DNA of 58,846 nucleotides from positions 1-58,846 of the forward strand of contig JBNRMU010000058.1 in NCBI GenBank assembly GCA_050309765.1. Reading direction: 5' to 3'. Position 1 is the first letter of the stretch. Each line of letters opens with the position of its first letter. Below are positions 36,096 through 45,701 of this stretch, one piece after another. The notes beneath the pieces are model-generated. The model had not been told where the DNA came from. It searched no databases and worked only from the letters and a program-made list of their open reading frames with translations. The position numbers and the translations under genes were made by a program. This DNA comes from Christensenellales bacterium. GTDB taxonomy: Bacteria; Bacillota; Clostridia; Christensenellales; UBA1750.

Positions 36096-36948
36096 GATTT
36101 TCCTCCTGCGGCGGCCCTTCCAGGCTGATGCGGCCGAGCTTGCCGCCTCTGAATTCGTCCAGCACGATCTGTGCGCCGCGCTCCAGGTCATACGCGCCGC
36201 CCTTTAAAAGCCAGCCGCGCCTTTGGCAGGCGGTTTCCAGCAGGCTGTCGCCGGAAGCGGAAACATCCTCTATCTTATACCTTGCCGCAAGGCTCTGCGG
36301 CGCCAGGATGCAAAGCTCCTCCAGCAGGCTTGAAGATAGCCGCTGCAGGTCCATGATCTCCTCGCGGATGGAGCCTAAGTACGCCAAATGCAGCGCGGCC
36401 TTGGGATCGTCGAACTTGGGCCAGAGCAGGCCCGGGGTATCCAGCAATTCCAGATACGGGCCCAGCACGATCCACTGCTTGCCGCGCGTAACGCCAGGCT
36501 TGTCGCCCGCCTTGGCGGAGGATGCGCCCTTGAGCCGGTTGATCAGACTGGACTTGCCCACGTTCGGGATGCCCACCACCATGGCGCGCACGGTCTTTTT
36601 CACGCCGCGCTTTAGATACCTTTCCACCACGGGCCGCGCCGCCGCCTCGATGGCGCGCACCACCCTTTCCTTCCCCTTGCCGGAGCTGGCGGAAAAGGGG
36701 ATGGCCTGTATGCCCTGCGCCCTGTACCATTGGGCCCAGCGCCGCGTCTGCTCCTCGTCGGCAAGGTCGGCCTTGTTCAGCAGGCAGATGCGCGGCTTGT
36801 CGCGGAACAGGTCGTCAAAATCGGGGTTGCGGGTTGCCAGCGGCGCGCGCGCGTCCACCAGCTCCACCACCACGTCCACCAGCTTCAGGCTTTCCGCAAG
36901 CTGGCGGCGCGCCTTGGCCATATGGCCCGGATACCATTGTATCTGCAC
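36040..36948 (-). CDS. rbgA: Ribosome biogenesis GTPase A (YlqF/RbgA)
   Basis: MQIQWYPGHMAKA N-terminus. Circularly permuted G-motifs: NKADL, then GIPNVGKSSLIN, then DTPG. Confidence 0.92.
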   Translation of the reverse strand: MQIQWYPGHMAKARRQLAESLKLVDVVVELVDARAPLATRNPDFDDLFRDKPRICLLNKADLADEEQTRRWAQWYRAQGIQAIPFSASSGKGKERVVRAIEAAARPVVERYLKRGVKKTVRAMVVGIPNVGKSSLINRLKGASSAKAGDKPGVTRGKQWIVLGPYLELLDTPGLLWPKFDDPKAALHLAYLGSIREEIMDLQRLSSSLLEELCILAPQSLAARYKIEDVSASGDSLLETACQRRGWLLKGGAYDLERGAQIVLDEFRGGKLGRISLEGPPQEENHDTEGNEAATALPDGANG

Positions 36949-37119
36949 GGGAGTGTTCCCATCCTTTCCAAAGCAACGTCTTTTCTATAAATCTTACCAG
37001 AAGCGCCGCACTTTACGCAAGGCAAAGCGGAACGGGACGCAAAGGCGCCCCTCCCCATGCAAAAAGCAGGGGCTCTCTCCGCTTTGGAAGAGGCTCCCTG
37101 CCATGCTTTGCCTGAAGGT

Positions 37120-37812
37120 TTAGGCGATCTCGTTCTGGAAGGCGACCAGCGTGGCGTCGTGCACGCCGGGCACGGAAAGCAGCGCGTCCACGATGTTGGT
37201 GCGCTGCTGGGGCAGGCGCAGCTCGTAGGTGGCCTCCACGCCGCCGCGGGTGACCGTGCGGGACTTGACCTTCATCTGGGGCACCTTGTGCAGGATGCTG
37301 GCCACATCCTTGCTGGCCCGATCCTCAAAGTGCACCACCAGCAGATAGTTTTCGCCGGCCTTGCTGGAAAACAGCGACAGCGCAAACAGCACCACCGCGA
37401 TGATCAGGGTGCCGATCACGGCGTACAAAACGTAGTTGGCGCCGATGGTGATGCCGGCGGCAATGGCCCAGAACATGTACACGGTGTCCATCGGGTCCTT
37501 GATGGCCGTGCGGAAGCGGACGATGGACAGCGCGCCCACCATGCCCAGGGAAAGCCCTATGCTGGAGGAGATGCACATGATGATCATGGACGTGACCATG
37601 GTCAGCATGATCAGCGAAATGTTGAAGCTGTGGCTGTACAACACGCCGCGATAGGTCTTTTTGTAGACGTAAAAAATCAACAGCCCGATCAAAAACGCGC
37701 TTAGGAGCGTGACCAGCACCGTGGGCACGGTCAGGTTCTGGCGGGTGAGGGAAAACCCTTCCAGCACGGATTTTTTAAACAGATCGCTTGCGCTTAGCAT
37801 CTCGTTTTGCAT
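37120..37812 (-). CDS. DUF4956 domain membrane protein
   Basis: Polytopic N-terminal half with SIVRFRTAIKDPMDTVYMFWAI (DUF4956 signature as I remember it) and a soluble C-terminal domain. Confidence 0.75.
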   Translation of the reverse strand: MQNEMLSASDLFKKSVLEGFSLTRQNLTVPTVLVTLLSAFLIGLLIFYVYKKTYRGVLYSHSFNISLIMLTMVTSMIIMCISSSIGLSLGMVGALSIVRFRTAIKDPMDTVYMFWAIAAGITIGANYVLYAVIGTLIIAVVLFALSLFSSKAGENYLLVVHFEDRASKDVASILHKVPQMKVKSRTVTRGGVEATYELRLPQQRTNIVDALLSVPGVHDATLVAFQNEIA

Positions 37813-37827
37813 AAGTCCTTTATCCTC

Positions 37828-38529
37828 CTAAAGATTGAATTCGTAGCGCCGGCAAAAGGTGTATTTGGAAATTGCGCTCCTTTGCGCAGGAACAGAAGAA
37901 AGGATGGGACGGATGAACTCCGGAAAGCGGCGGTCGTACTTGACCTCCAGAATCACCGTTTCCTCGTTGAGGCAGGGAATGGTGGGAAGACGGGGATCGA
38001 ACATGTCCTTGCCGAACAGGCCGGTCCTTAAGCGCTTGTCCAGCGTCACGCGGGTGTTTTCCGCCGGATGCACGAAGGCTTCGCGCACATAGTCCACCAC
38101 CACCGCCGGCCGCAGCATCTTGGTGGTCATCTGGCGGAACATGTCCTGCAGCAGGGGGTGGTTCATCCTTTCCAGCCCATAGGTATCGCCGGCGATGATC
38201 TGCTCGGCCAGGTCGCGGTCGATGGGGGCGGAAATCTTGGAGATGTAGTTGCCCACCTTGCGCTTCCGCTCCAGCATGATCACCTTGTCGGACAGGTTGT
38301 AGATGCGGATGCGGTATTTGTCGCGGTGCTGGGTGCCGTCTATCTTATCCGACATGGCGGTGTTGAAGCAGTCGTCGAAGTACAGGGATCGGATGTGGTA
38401 TTCGCCGCGCGCGTCCGCGTTTTCGTCTATCCACATGGTGCGGCCCAGCACCTGGGAAAGGTAGGCCGACGAGCCCTGCGAAATGTGGAATTTGAGCTCG
38501 TGGCGCAGCGGTTCTTTTTTGTCCGCCAT
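37828..38529 (-). CDS. VTC-domain (polyphosphate polymerase / CYTH-like tunnel) protein
   Basis: Start at ATG 38529 (GGAGGG 8 nt upstream). N-terminal RHELKFHI (ExK of CYTH/TTM enzymes), YHIRSLYFD, and a KYRIRIY-type beta-strand pattern. Confidence 0.75.
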   Translation of the reverse strand: MADKKEPLRHELKFHISQGSSAYLSQVLGRTMWIDENADARGEYHIRSLYFDDCFNTAMSDKIDGTQHRDKYRIRIYNLSDKVIMLERKRKVGNYISKISAPIDRDLAEQIIAGDTYGLERMNHPLLQDMFRQMTTKMLRPAVVVDYVREAFVHPAENTRVTLDKRLRTGLFGKDMFDPRLPTIPCLNEETVILEVKYDRRFPEFIRPILSSVPAQRSAISKYTFCRRYEFNL

Positions 38530-38547
38530 CTCTTTCACCCTCCCTGC

Positions 38548-41532
38548 TTACCGGTTGGTCCAGGTTTCGCCGAACAACTCCGTCATACGGGAATCGCTCA
38601 GGTTAAACCAGTCCTTCATGTGCTGCATCATATAGCCCGTGCGGTTGTCGGCAAACTCGCGCAATCTTCCGATGTGCCGCTGCCAGGAGGCGACGGAGCC
38701 GTGATCCGGCCAGCGCTCGTAATGCGCCTCCATCTCCGGGGCCATCTTCTGCTCCAGCTCGTCTATGGCGGCATAGATATTTTCGCGCGTGTACACCTCG
38801 CGCACATAATAGGCGCAGCGCTCGATGAACAGGTCGCGCATTTGCTTATTGTTGAGCAGCCCGCGGATCAGATCGTTGCTGAAGGCGTCGTTCACGCCCG
38901 TGCCCTTGGGGTCCAGCACGTGCAGAAAGCCGTCGCGCTTATAGCCGTTGTTTTCGCCCGTGTTGATGCCCCAGTCCAGATCGAACAGTATCCACTTCCA
39001 CTTGCCGCCGGGGATGCGGTAATATTTGATGTTGCCGTTGTCGGAATTGACCCAGAAGATCTCGGCGATCTGGTAATCGAAGTAGTTTTGCACGTCGATC
39101 CGATCGGTGACGTATTTCAGGTTGTCCTCGTTGGAAAGATCGTGGCTTTTGACAAAGTCGATCAGTTCCATATAGTCCTTGTTGCTGCCGTTGAGCACGC
39201 GGGCGGAGTTGTTGCCGTTGCCCTTTAAGATATCGATGTTGTCGATGATGTTTTGATCCTCTATGCCTTCCCATTGGGCGACGGACCACTTGTTGATCCT
39301 CTCGCGCATGTTGTAATGGCCCCAGTACTTGCCGTTCAAATACATCACGCAGACCTCGGTCTCCTGGTACATGATGCCGTGGTCGCGGATGAGCGAGGTC
39401 ATCATCGCGTCGCGCATGCGGGCGCGGTTGTAATCCTGGCCCGTGCAGCGCATCACAAAGGACTTATACGATGTATAGTCGCGCTTTTCGAACAGCGGCG
39501 CCTCAAAGCGGCTCGGGCCGTATTCCTTTCTTGCGTACACAGAAAAGGACTTCTGGTCCAGCGCGCGCGAATACTGGCCGTTGAGCTTGAACTCGCCGCC
39601 CTGGGAGATGAGCATCTGCCCGTCGGGGTCGAAAATCTCCACATACACGGGCCGCTCCCAGTCCATCCAGAAGTTGGCGCCGCGGCCGGGAGAGCCGTGC
39701 GGGAACTCCTCCTGGTAGCCCGGCCCCTTGGCATAGATGCCCTTTTCGTCGGAAAACAGGTTGTCCGGGTCGGTGGAAAGGGACACGATGCGCACGCTGT
39801 GGTCTTCGCCGATAATGTAGCTGCCGGTGGTGGGCTGGGGGCTCAAATACCCATCGCGCACGGCCACCGCCCGCACCACCGTGGTGGAGGAAAGCGTGAT
39901 CGGGCCCGAATAGGGCGTGCTGCGGCTGCTGGGATCGGAACAATCCAGGGTGTAATATACCTGCGCGCCCTCCGGCACGCTCATTTCCAGCGTCACCGTG
40001 CCATCGTACAGCCCGGGCGCCTGCGAAAAGGAAACCGCATCCACCAGGCCCTTGTACACCGCGCCGGAAACCTTATCGATATAGGCATCTTCGCCGCGGT
40101 CGTAGGCGATGTCCGTCTGCAGGGCCGGCACGAAGAGCTTATCGACCATAAGGCCCGCGTCGTCAAACAAATACAGCGCCTCGCCCGAGGCGCTGGCCTT
40201 GAAGGAAGCGCTTAAGTTTTCCGGCTCCATCGAATCCGTGCCCGTCAGCGCCACGGCGATGTCTTCTCCGCTTTCGATCGTCACATCGGGAAAGGTGAAG
40301 CGGCCCGTGCGCTTGGGGTTGTTGGAAAGGCCGTAGCCGGAAAGGTTCACAGCGCTTCCGGTGTTGTTGAGCACGCGCACATAGTCCACGGCCTGGCCGT
40401 TTGTCAGCGTTTGGGAGGCGGAGGACAAAACCTCCGAAATGAACACGCCCTTATTATTCAGGCGAAAAAACTCCTGCGCAACGGACAGGCCGTTTTCACC
40501 GGTATTTTTAAGGCCGGGCGTTGGCATCTGCGTGGCTTCATAGCTGCCATCGGATTTGCGGGCATAGGAATAATCGTCCTTGAGCTCCGGCAGCTCCACG
40601 CGGTCCAGCAGGTTGCCCATGCTGTCATACAGGCTGATGTTTTCCCCCGCGGAGGAAATGCCAAAATTCGCGCGCGGCGGGGTCAGATCGATCCGGTCTT
40701 GCTTGTCGCAATAAACCAGAACGTACTCGCCCGGCTGTATCTGCATGGAAGGGAAGCGCCAGCGCATGGGCTGCAGATCGTCGTCCGAAAGGCCGTAGCC
40801 GTTAAGGTCCACCGCCGTATCGCCGAGGTTTACGATCTCGATCCAGTCGGGATACAGGCCGCTTTCATCCGCCAGGGTGGAGATGTTGCTGGACTGTATT
40901 TCGTTGATCTTCAGGCTGCTTTCCCCGCGCTTGTCAAAGCTGGAAAGGTATTGGTCGTGGCCGGCCTGGCTGTTTTCAAAGCCGGGGGAATACAGGGTGC
41001 TTTCCTCAAAGCCGGTCGACGTGCGGATGTAGCTGCTGTTTTGGGCAAGGCTGGGCACAACCACCTGATCGGCGATGGCGGAGCCCGCAAACAGGTACAG
41101 CGTTTCGCCCGCGCTGAGCTTAAAGCCCGCGTGCAGGTTGCTCCCCGCCGCATTGCGGCTCTTGCCGGAAAGGTAGACGACGCGATACTCGCCGTTTTTA
41201 AGCGTTGTGCTGGGCAGAGGGAACTTGGCGGGGTTGTCCTCGCGGTCGGACAAAGCATAGCCGGACAGGTTCACATCCGCGCCCGTGCCGTTGAACAGCT
41301 CCACCCAGTCGGGATAGTCGCCGTCCTCGTCGCGCACCGCGCCGGCGTTGGAGACCATCAGCTCGGAGATAACAAGGCCCGTGCTGTGGATAACGCTGCC
41401 GCCCGCGGAAGCGTCGCTTTGCACGTTCTGCACGGCGGGCGCGCTCTCTTTTTTCAGGGCATAGAGTCCCACGCCCAGGGCCAGGGCCAGCAAAAGCAAT
41501 ATATTCAAGACCGCAAGGCCTTTTTTCTTCAT
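38548..41532 (-). CDS. Secreted or membrane-anchored CotH kinase family protein with three lamin-tail domains
   Basis: Start at ATG 41532 (AGGAGGAG 5 nt upstream) with an N-terminal signal anchor. Three LTD repeats (ISELMVSN..YPDWVELFN..NLSGYALSD; INEIQSSN..YPDWIEIVN..DLNGYGLSDD; ISEVLSSA..DYVRVLN..NLSGYGLSNN). A CHB_HEX_C-like segment (VYYTLDCSDPS) precedes the C-terminal CotH domain. Confidence 0.8.
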   Translation of the reverse strand: MKKKGLAVLNILLLLALALGVGLYALKKESAPAVQNVQSDASAGGSVIHSTGLVISELMVSNAGAVRDEDGDYPDWVELFNGTGADVNLSGYALSDREDNPAKFPLPSTTLKNGEYRVVYLSGKSRNAAGSNLHAGFKLSAGETLYLFAGSAIADQVVVPSLAQNSSYIRTSTGFEESTLYSPGFENSQAGHDQYLSSFDKRGESSLKINEIQSSNISTLADESGLYPDWIEIVNLGDTAVDLNGYGLSDDDLQPMRWRFPSMQIQPGEYVLVYCDKQDRIDLTPPRANFGISSAGENISLYDSMGNLLDRVELPELKDDYSYARKSDGSYEATQMPTPGLKNTGENGLSVAQEFFRLNNKGVFISEVLSSASQTLTNGQAVDYVRVLNNTGSAVNLSGYGLSNNPKRTGRFTFPDVTIESGEDIAVALTGTDSMEPENLSASFKASASGEALYLFDDAGLMVDKLFVPALQTDIAYDRGEDAYIDKVSGAVYKGLVDAVSFSQAPGLYDGTVTLEMSVPEGAQVYYTLDCSDPSSRSTPYSGPITLSSTTVVRAVAVRDGYLSPQPTTGSYIIGEDHSVRIVSLSTDPDNLFSDEKGIYAKGPGYQEEFPHGSPGRGANFWMDWERPVYVEIFDPDGQMLISQGGEFKLNGQYSRALDQKSFSVYARKEYGPSRFEAPLFEKRDYTSYKSFVMRCTGQDYNRARMRDAMMTSLIRDHGIMYQETEVCVMYLNGKYWGHYNMRERINKWSVAQWEGIEDQNIIDNIDILKGNGNNSARVLNGSNKDYMELIDFVKSHDLSNEDNLKYVTDRIDVQNYFDYQIAEIFWVNSDNGNIKYYRIPGGKWKWILFDLDWGINTGENNGYKRDGFLHVLDPKGTGVNDAFSNDLIRGLLNNKQMRDLFIERCAYYVREVYTRENIYAAIDELEQKMAPEMEAHYERWPDHGSVASWQRHIGRLREFADNRTGYMMQHMKDWFNLSDSRMTELFGETWTNR

Positions 41533-41582
41533 GCGTTCTCCTCCTAAAAAAGCGACGGCAATCGCGCTTTTTTGCATTTGTT

Positions 41583-41611
41583 AGTGTAACACAGCCCAGT
41601 TAGGATTGCAA
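41583..41611 (-). promoter_or_regulatory. Putative sigma-A promoter of the cotH operon
   Basis: Minus strand: TTGCAA - 17 nt - TACACT, about 45 nt upstream of the cotH start. Confidence 0.45.
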
Positions 41612-41706
41612 ATCCAATCCATGGCGCGTTTACCAGATATACATCAGACGAAACGGCCTGCAAAAATGTGACGGCGGGCACCCGGTTTTCGCTCGCCGCG
41701 CGGCGG

Positions 41707-41735
41707 TTGACGGGGCCCCGCCGGGCTGATAAAAT
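41707..41735 (+). promoter_or_regulatory. Putative sigma-A promoter of the 41863 methyltransferase gene
   Basis: TTGACG - 17 nt - TAAAAT with a TGa extended -10. Implies a leader of about 120 nt. Confidence 0.55.
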
Positions 41736-41862
41736 GGAAAAAACAACCGATCCACACGCCTTAAAGGATGCAAGCTGCACCATGAAACTTACTCGTCTCA
41801 CGCCGCCCTGATCCGTTTGGGCCAACGGAAATCCAACCAATCGGAATAGGAGCTGCAACACA

Positions 41863-42621
41863 ATGAAATATACGCGCACAAACGGCGAGATCATCAGTTC
41901 CTGGAAGGAAAAGTACGCCCTGCCCTGGATGGAGCCTGTTTCGCACGAGGACTATCTGCGCGCGGCAAAGGGCGAGGCGCTTATGACGCTGACGCCTCTG
42001 CGAAAGGCGCCCTTTTCCTGGTACGGCGACTGCGCCGGAAAAAAAGTGCTGGGGCTCGCCGCGGGCGGCGGGCAGCAGATGGCGATCCTGTCCGCCCTGG
42101 GGGCGGACTGCACCCTTATGGACATATCAAAAACGCAGATCGAGTCCGACCGCCTGGTGAGCGAAAGAGAAGGCTATGCCATCCGCCTGCTCCAGGGCGA
42201 CATGACGGAACCGCTTCCTTTTCAGGACAATAGCTTTGACATGGTCGTAAACCCCGTTTCCAACCACTACATAGAGGACGTTTACCCCGTTTTTGCCGAA
42301 ATCTACCGCGTTTTAAAGCCAGGTGGCACCTTTCTGGCCGGGCTGGACACCGGCATCTACTGGGCCTTTTGGGGAGAGGACGGCGGGCCCGTGAACCGCC
42401 TGCCCTTTAACCCCCTAAAGGATGAAGAATTGCGCGCCCGCCTGCTGGAGGAGGACATGTCCCTGGTGTTTTCGCACACTCTGGAAGAGCAGATCGGCGG
42501 CCAGCTCAAGGCCGGCTTTATCCTTTGCGAGCTGCTGGAGGATACCAACGAGGCCGGGCCCTTTTACGACTGCAACGTGCCCACCTTCATCCTCACCAGA
42601 GCGCAGAAGCCGCTTGTTTGA
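41863..42621 (+). CDS. Class I SAM-dependent methyltransferase
   Basis: VLGLAAGGGQQ motif I variant and the pattern of a Methyltransf_11-like domain; 252 aa. Confidence 0.8.
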   Translation: MKYTRTNGEIISSWKEKYALPWMEPVSHEDYLRAAKGEALMTLTPLRKAPFSWYGDCAGKKVLGLAAGGGQQMAILSALGADCTLMDISKTQIESDRLVSEREGYAIRLLQGDMTEPLPFQDNSFDMVVNPVSNHYIEDVYPVFAEIYRVLKPGGTFLAGLDTGIYWAFWGEDGGPVNRLPFNPLKDEELRARLLEEDMSLVFSHTLEEQIGGQLKAGFILCELLEDTNEAGPFYDCNVPTFILTRAQKPLV

Positions 42622-42638
42622 TCCTAAGCGCAAAAAGG

Positions 42639-42662
42639 CCTCCGGCAAACGCTTGCCGGAGG
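42639..42662. terminator. Bidirectional intrinsic terminator
   Basis: CCTCCGGCAA-ACGC-TTGCCGGAGG stem with a T-run downstream on the plus strand and an A-run upstream. Serves the methyltransferase (plus) and recR (minus). Confidence 0.7.
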
Positions 42663-42678
42663 TCTTTTATCTTTTATC

Positions 42679-43272
42679 TTACAGTTCCGTCCTTCCCCGC
42701 ATGGCACGGGAAAGGGTGATTTCATCGGTGTATTCCAAATCGCTGCCCACGGGCATGCCATGGGCGATGCGGCTGACGCGCAGACCGAAGGGCTTTAATA
42801 GCCTGGCGATGTAGGTGGCCGTGGCCTCGCCCTCTATGTCCGGGTTGGTGGCAAGGATCACTTCCTCCACGCCGTCCAGGCGCGAAAGCAATTCCTTGAT
42901 GGCGATATCCTCGGGGCCGATGCCCTCCATGGGCGAGATCACGCCGTGCAGCACGTGATACAGGCCGTTGTAGTCGCGGGTGCGCTCCATGGCCGCCACG
43001 TCGCGCGGGTCGCGCACCACGCAGATAAGGCTCTTGTCGCGGCGTTCATCCCTGCAGATGGCGCATAAGTCCCCCTCGGTATAGTTGCCGCACACGGGAC
43101 AGCGCCTGACCAGCCGCCTTGCGTCCACAATGGCGCCGGCCAGGGCCTCGGCTTCCTCCAGGGAGCCGGACAGCAAATGGAAGGCCAGGCGCTGCGCGCT
43201 CTTGCGGCCGATGCCGGGCAGCTTGGAAAGCTGCAGCACAAGGCGCTGCATGGCCTCGATCTGTTCTGCCAT
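42679..43272 (-). CDS. recR: Recombination protein RecR
   Basis: HhH N-terminus [18 protein letters not shown]4 zinc finger [16 protein letters not shown], and a Toprim domain. Confidence 0.95.
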   Translation of the reverse strand: MAEQIEAMQRLVLQLSKLPGIGRKSAQRLAFHLLSGSLEEAEALAGAIVDARRLVRRCPVCGNYTEGDLCAICRDERRDKSLICVVRDPRDVAAMERTRDYNGLYHVLHGVISPMEGIGPEDIAIKELLSRLDGVEEVILATNPDIEGEATATYIARLLKPFGLRVSRIAHGMPVGSDLEYTDEITLSRAMRGRTEL

Positions 43273-43617
43273 TTAAAAGCCCATCCCCCTGCCGCCGGTC
43301 AGCTTGGACATTTCCTTTTCGGAGGTCTCCTCCACCTGCTGCAGCACCTGGTTCACGGCCGCAAGCACCATATCCTCGAGCATTTCCACGTCGTCGGGGT
43401 CCACGGCCTCGGGGCTGATCTTGATGGAGATGAGCTCCTTTTTGCCATTGGCTTTGACGGTCACCATGCCGCCGCCGGAGCTGGCCTCAAACTCGCGCGC
43501 CTCCAACTCCTCCTGGAGCTTTTGGATGCTCTGCTGCATCTTCTGGGCCTGCCTGAGCATCTGCTGCATGTTGCCGCCCATACCGCCCATGCCGCCGGGG
43601 AATCCGCCTCTTGCCAT
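43273..43617 (-). CDS. ybaB: YbaB/EbfC family nucleoid-associated protein
   Basis: 114 aa with [17 protein letters not shown], typical of YbaB. Lies directly upstream of recR. Confidence 0.92.
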   Translation of the reverse strand: MARGGFPGGMGGMGGNMQQMLRQAQKMQQSIQKLQEELEAREFEASSGGGMVTVKANGKKELISIKISPEAVDPDDVEMLEDMVLAAVNQVLQQVEETSEKEMSKLTGGRGMGF

Positions 43618-43657
43618 AGAAAAAACCTCCCGTTTGTCTTCAAAATCGATTCAATTC

Positions 43658-43686
43658 AGTATACCAAAGCCGAGAAAAAAACGCAA
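43658..43686 (-). promoter_or_regulatory. Putative sigma-A promoter of ybaB-recR
   Basis: Minus strand: TTGCGT - 17 nt - TATACT with TGG upstream (extended -10). The -35 box overlaps the 3' arm of the rny terminator. Confidence 0.45.
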
Positions 43687-43714
43687 CGCGGGCGGAAAGC
43701 TTCCGCCCGCGTTG
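43684..43714 (-). terminator. Intrinsic terminator after rny
   Basis: CAACGCGGGCGGAA-GC-TTTCCGCCCGCGTTG stem followed by CGTTTTTTTC on the minus strand. Confidence 0.75.
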
Positions 43715-43730
43715 AATGTCCGTTTTTTGC

Positions 43731-45284
43731 TTACTTGGCGTATTCCGTTGCGCGCAGCTCGCGGATCACGTTGACCTTGATCTGGCCGGGATACTCCAAT
43801 TCATCCTCGATGCGCTTGACGATCTCCTTGGCCATGATCACGGCGCCGTTGTCGTTCACGTCCTCGGGCTTGACCATGATGCGGATCTCGCGTCCCGCCT
43901 GGATGGCGAAGGACTTTTCCACGCCCTCGAAGGAGTTGGCAATCTCCTCCAGGCGCTGCAGGCGCTTGATGTAGTTTTCCAGCGTTTCCCTGCGGGCGCC
44001 GGGGCGGGCGCCGGAAATGGCGTCGGCCGCGGCTACCAGCACCGCCTCCACGGAAGCGGGCTCGCAGTCGCCGTGGTGGGCGGCGATGGCGTTGACCACA
44101 AGCTCATGCTCGTGATACTTCTTGGCCAGGTCCGCGCCCAGCTGGATGTGCGTGCCCTCGACCTCGTGGTCGATGGACTTGCCGATGTCGTGCAGCAGGC
44201 CCGCGCGCTTGGCAAGGGCAACGTCCGCGCCCAGCTCCGCGGCCATGATGCCGGCCAGGTGCGACACCTCGATGGAATGGCGCAGCACGTTCTGGCCGTA
44301 GGAGGTGCGGTACTTCATGCGGCCGAGCAGGCGCACCAGCTCGTTGTGCAGCCCGTGCACGCCGGTTTCGAACACGGCCTGCTCGCCGGCCTCGCGAATC
44401 TGTGTATCCACCTCGCGCTTGGCCTTTTCCACCATTTCCTCGATGCGGGTGGGATGGATGCGGCCATCGTTGATGAGCTTTTCCAGGGCGATGCGGGCCA
44501 CTTCCCTGCGGATGGGATCAAAGCCGGAAAGGATCACGGCCTCGGGGGTGTCGTCGATGATCAGATCTATGCCTGTGGCCGTTTCCAGCGCGCGGATGTT
44601 GCGTCCCTCGCGCCCGATGATGCGGCCCTTCATTTCATCGTTGGGCAGCGCAACGACGGAAACCGTGGTTTCGGCCACATGATCCGCCGCGCACTTTTGA
44701 ATGGCCAAAGAGATGATGTTGCGGGCCTTTTTCTCGGCCTCGTCCTTCGCCTTTTGTTCTATCTCGCGCACCATCACGGCGGCATCGCGATAGGCGTCCT
44801 TCTGGACGGCGGAGATGATCATCTGCTTGGCCTCGCCGGAGGTCATCTGGGCAACGCGCTCCAGCTCCTGCTGGCGCTTTTGCTCCAGCTCGTCCAGGGA
44901 CTGGGTGCGTTTGTCCAGCTCCTTGGTCATGCGGGAAAGGGTTTCCTCGCGGTTTTCCAGGTTGTCCTGCTTTTTGTCCAGAAACTCTTCCTTTTGCAGC
45001 AGGCGGCGTTCCAGCCGCTGGGTCTCGTTGCGCCGGTCGCGGATTTCCTTTTCCATTTCCGTCTTCTGGCGCAGGATTTCTTCTTTGGCTTCCAGGATGC
45101 GTTCTTTCTTGGCGGTCTCGGCCTTTTCGCGGGCCTCGTCCACCAGCTTCTTCATGGCTTCTTCCGTGCTTCCGATCTTTTCTTCGATGCTTTTCTTGGT
45201 TCTGTCAGCGCCGATGAAGGCGCCGGCGGTTGCTCCCGCAGCGAGAGCCGCTGCGATCAACAAAATCCAAATCCATGTCTGCAA
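43731..45284 (-). CDS. rny: Ribonuclease Y
   Basis: TTG start at 45284 (GGTGGTGA 6 nt upstream). N-terminal TM helix, coiled coil, KH domain ([12 protein letters not shown]) and HD domain (LLHDIGK). Collinear with B. subtilis RNase Y. Confidence 0.95.
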   Translation of the reverse strand: MQTWIWILLIAAALAAGATAGAFIGADRTKKSIEEKIGSTEEAMKKLVDEAREKAETAKKERILEAKEEILRQKTEMEKEIRDRRNETQRLERRLLQKEEFLDKKQDNLENREETLSRMTKELDKRTQSLDELEQKRQQELERVAQMTSGEAKQMIISAVQKDAYRDAAVMVREIEQKAKDEAEKKARNIISLAIQKCAADHVAETTVSVVALPNDEMKGRIIGREGRNIRALETATGIDLIIDDTPEAVILSGFDPIRREVARIALEKLINDGRIHPTRIEEMVEKAKREVDTQIREAGEQAVFETGVHGLHNELVRLLGRMKYRTSYGQNVLRHSIEVSHLAGIMAAELGADVALAKRAGLLHDIGKSIDHEVEGTHIQLGADLAKKYHEHELVVNAIAAHHGDCEPASVEAVLVAAADAISGARPGARRETLENYIKRLQRLEEIANSFEGVEKSFAIQAGREIRIMVKPEDVNDNGAVIMAKEIVKRIEDELEYPGQIKVNVIRELRATEYAK

Positions 45285-45487
45285 ATGTGTTCACCACCGT
45301 TTCGTTCTGCAGACGATGACCTTAAGGCACTCACGCACAGAGGCGCACCGCGCCAAACCAGGCGGCGGAAAATACGTCCCCACACCCAAACGCGCCCGTT
45401 CTGGGGATTGTCGATTGCTTCTTATATTATATAATAAAATAAAAAAACGCAACAAAACACCAAAACGATCACCGTCGTATCGTTACT

Positions 45488-45517
45488 ATTGTATATGCTG
45501 TGATCAAGCCGTGTCAA
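45488..45517 (-). promoter_or_regulatory. Putative sigma-A promoter of rny
   Basis: Minus strand: TTGACA - 18 nt - TACAAT. Implies a leader of about 195 nt. Confidence 0.4.
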
Positions 45518-45636
45518 CCAGAAATATTTTAACGAAATACCGCTTTTTGTTTCGTCGCCAATATGTTTTGTTTGGCAGAATATGTCAGATTTTTGCCGCA
45601 ATCAGCGTGTTTTTGCACGTTTTGTCTGCATAAAAA

Positions 45637-45669
45637 GGCGGCGGGGACGCCTGTGCGTTCCCTGCCGTC
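45637..45669. terminator. Terminator hairpin after recA (T-rich on both sides)
   Basis: Imperfect stem GGCGGCGGGGACGC..loop..GCGTTCCCTGCCGTC. CTTTTTAT follows on the minus strand and TTTTGTTCTTTCTTGTTTTTT on the plus strand. Confidence 0.55.
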
Positions 45670-45701
45670 TTTTGTTCTTTCTTGTTTTTTAACTATACGT
45701 C

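Noticed and set aside
41544-41894. 116-aa minus-strand ORF spanning the cotH / methyltransferase intergenic region.
   Set aside because: It overlaps both neighbouring start regions and both promoter-like elements. It has no RBS and an implausible composition, so it is probably spurious.
45415-45445. AT-rich quasi-palindrome (CTTATATTATATAATAAAATAAAA) considered as a dif/XerCD site, given ftsK in the window.
   Set aside because: It does not match the XerD arm (TTATGTNAANT-type) or the 11-6-11 architecture of Firmicute dif sites. It is more likely just promoter or leader AT-richness.
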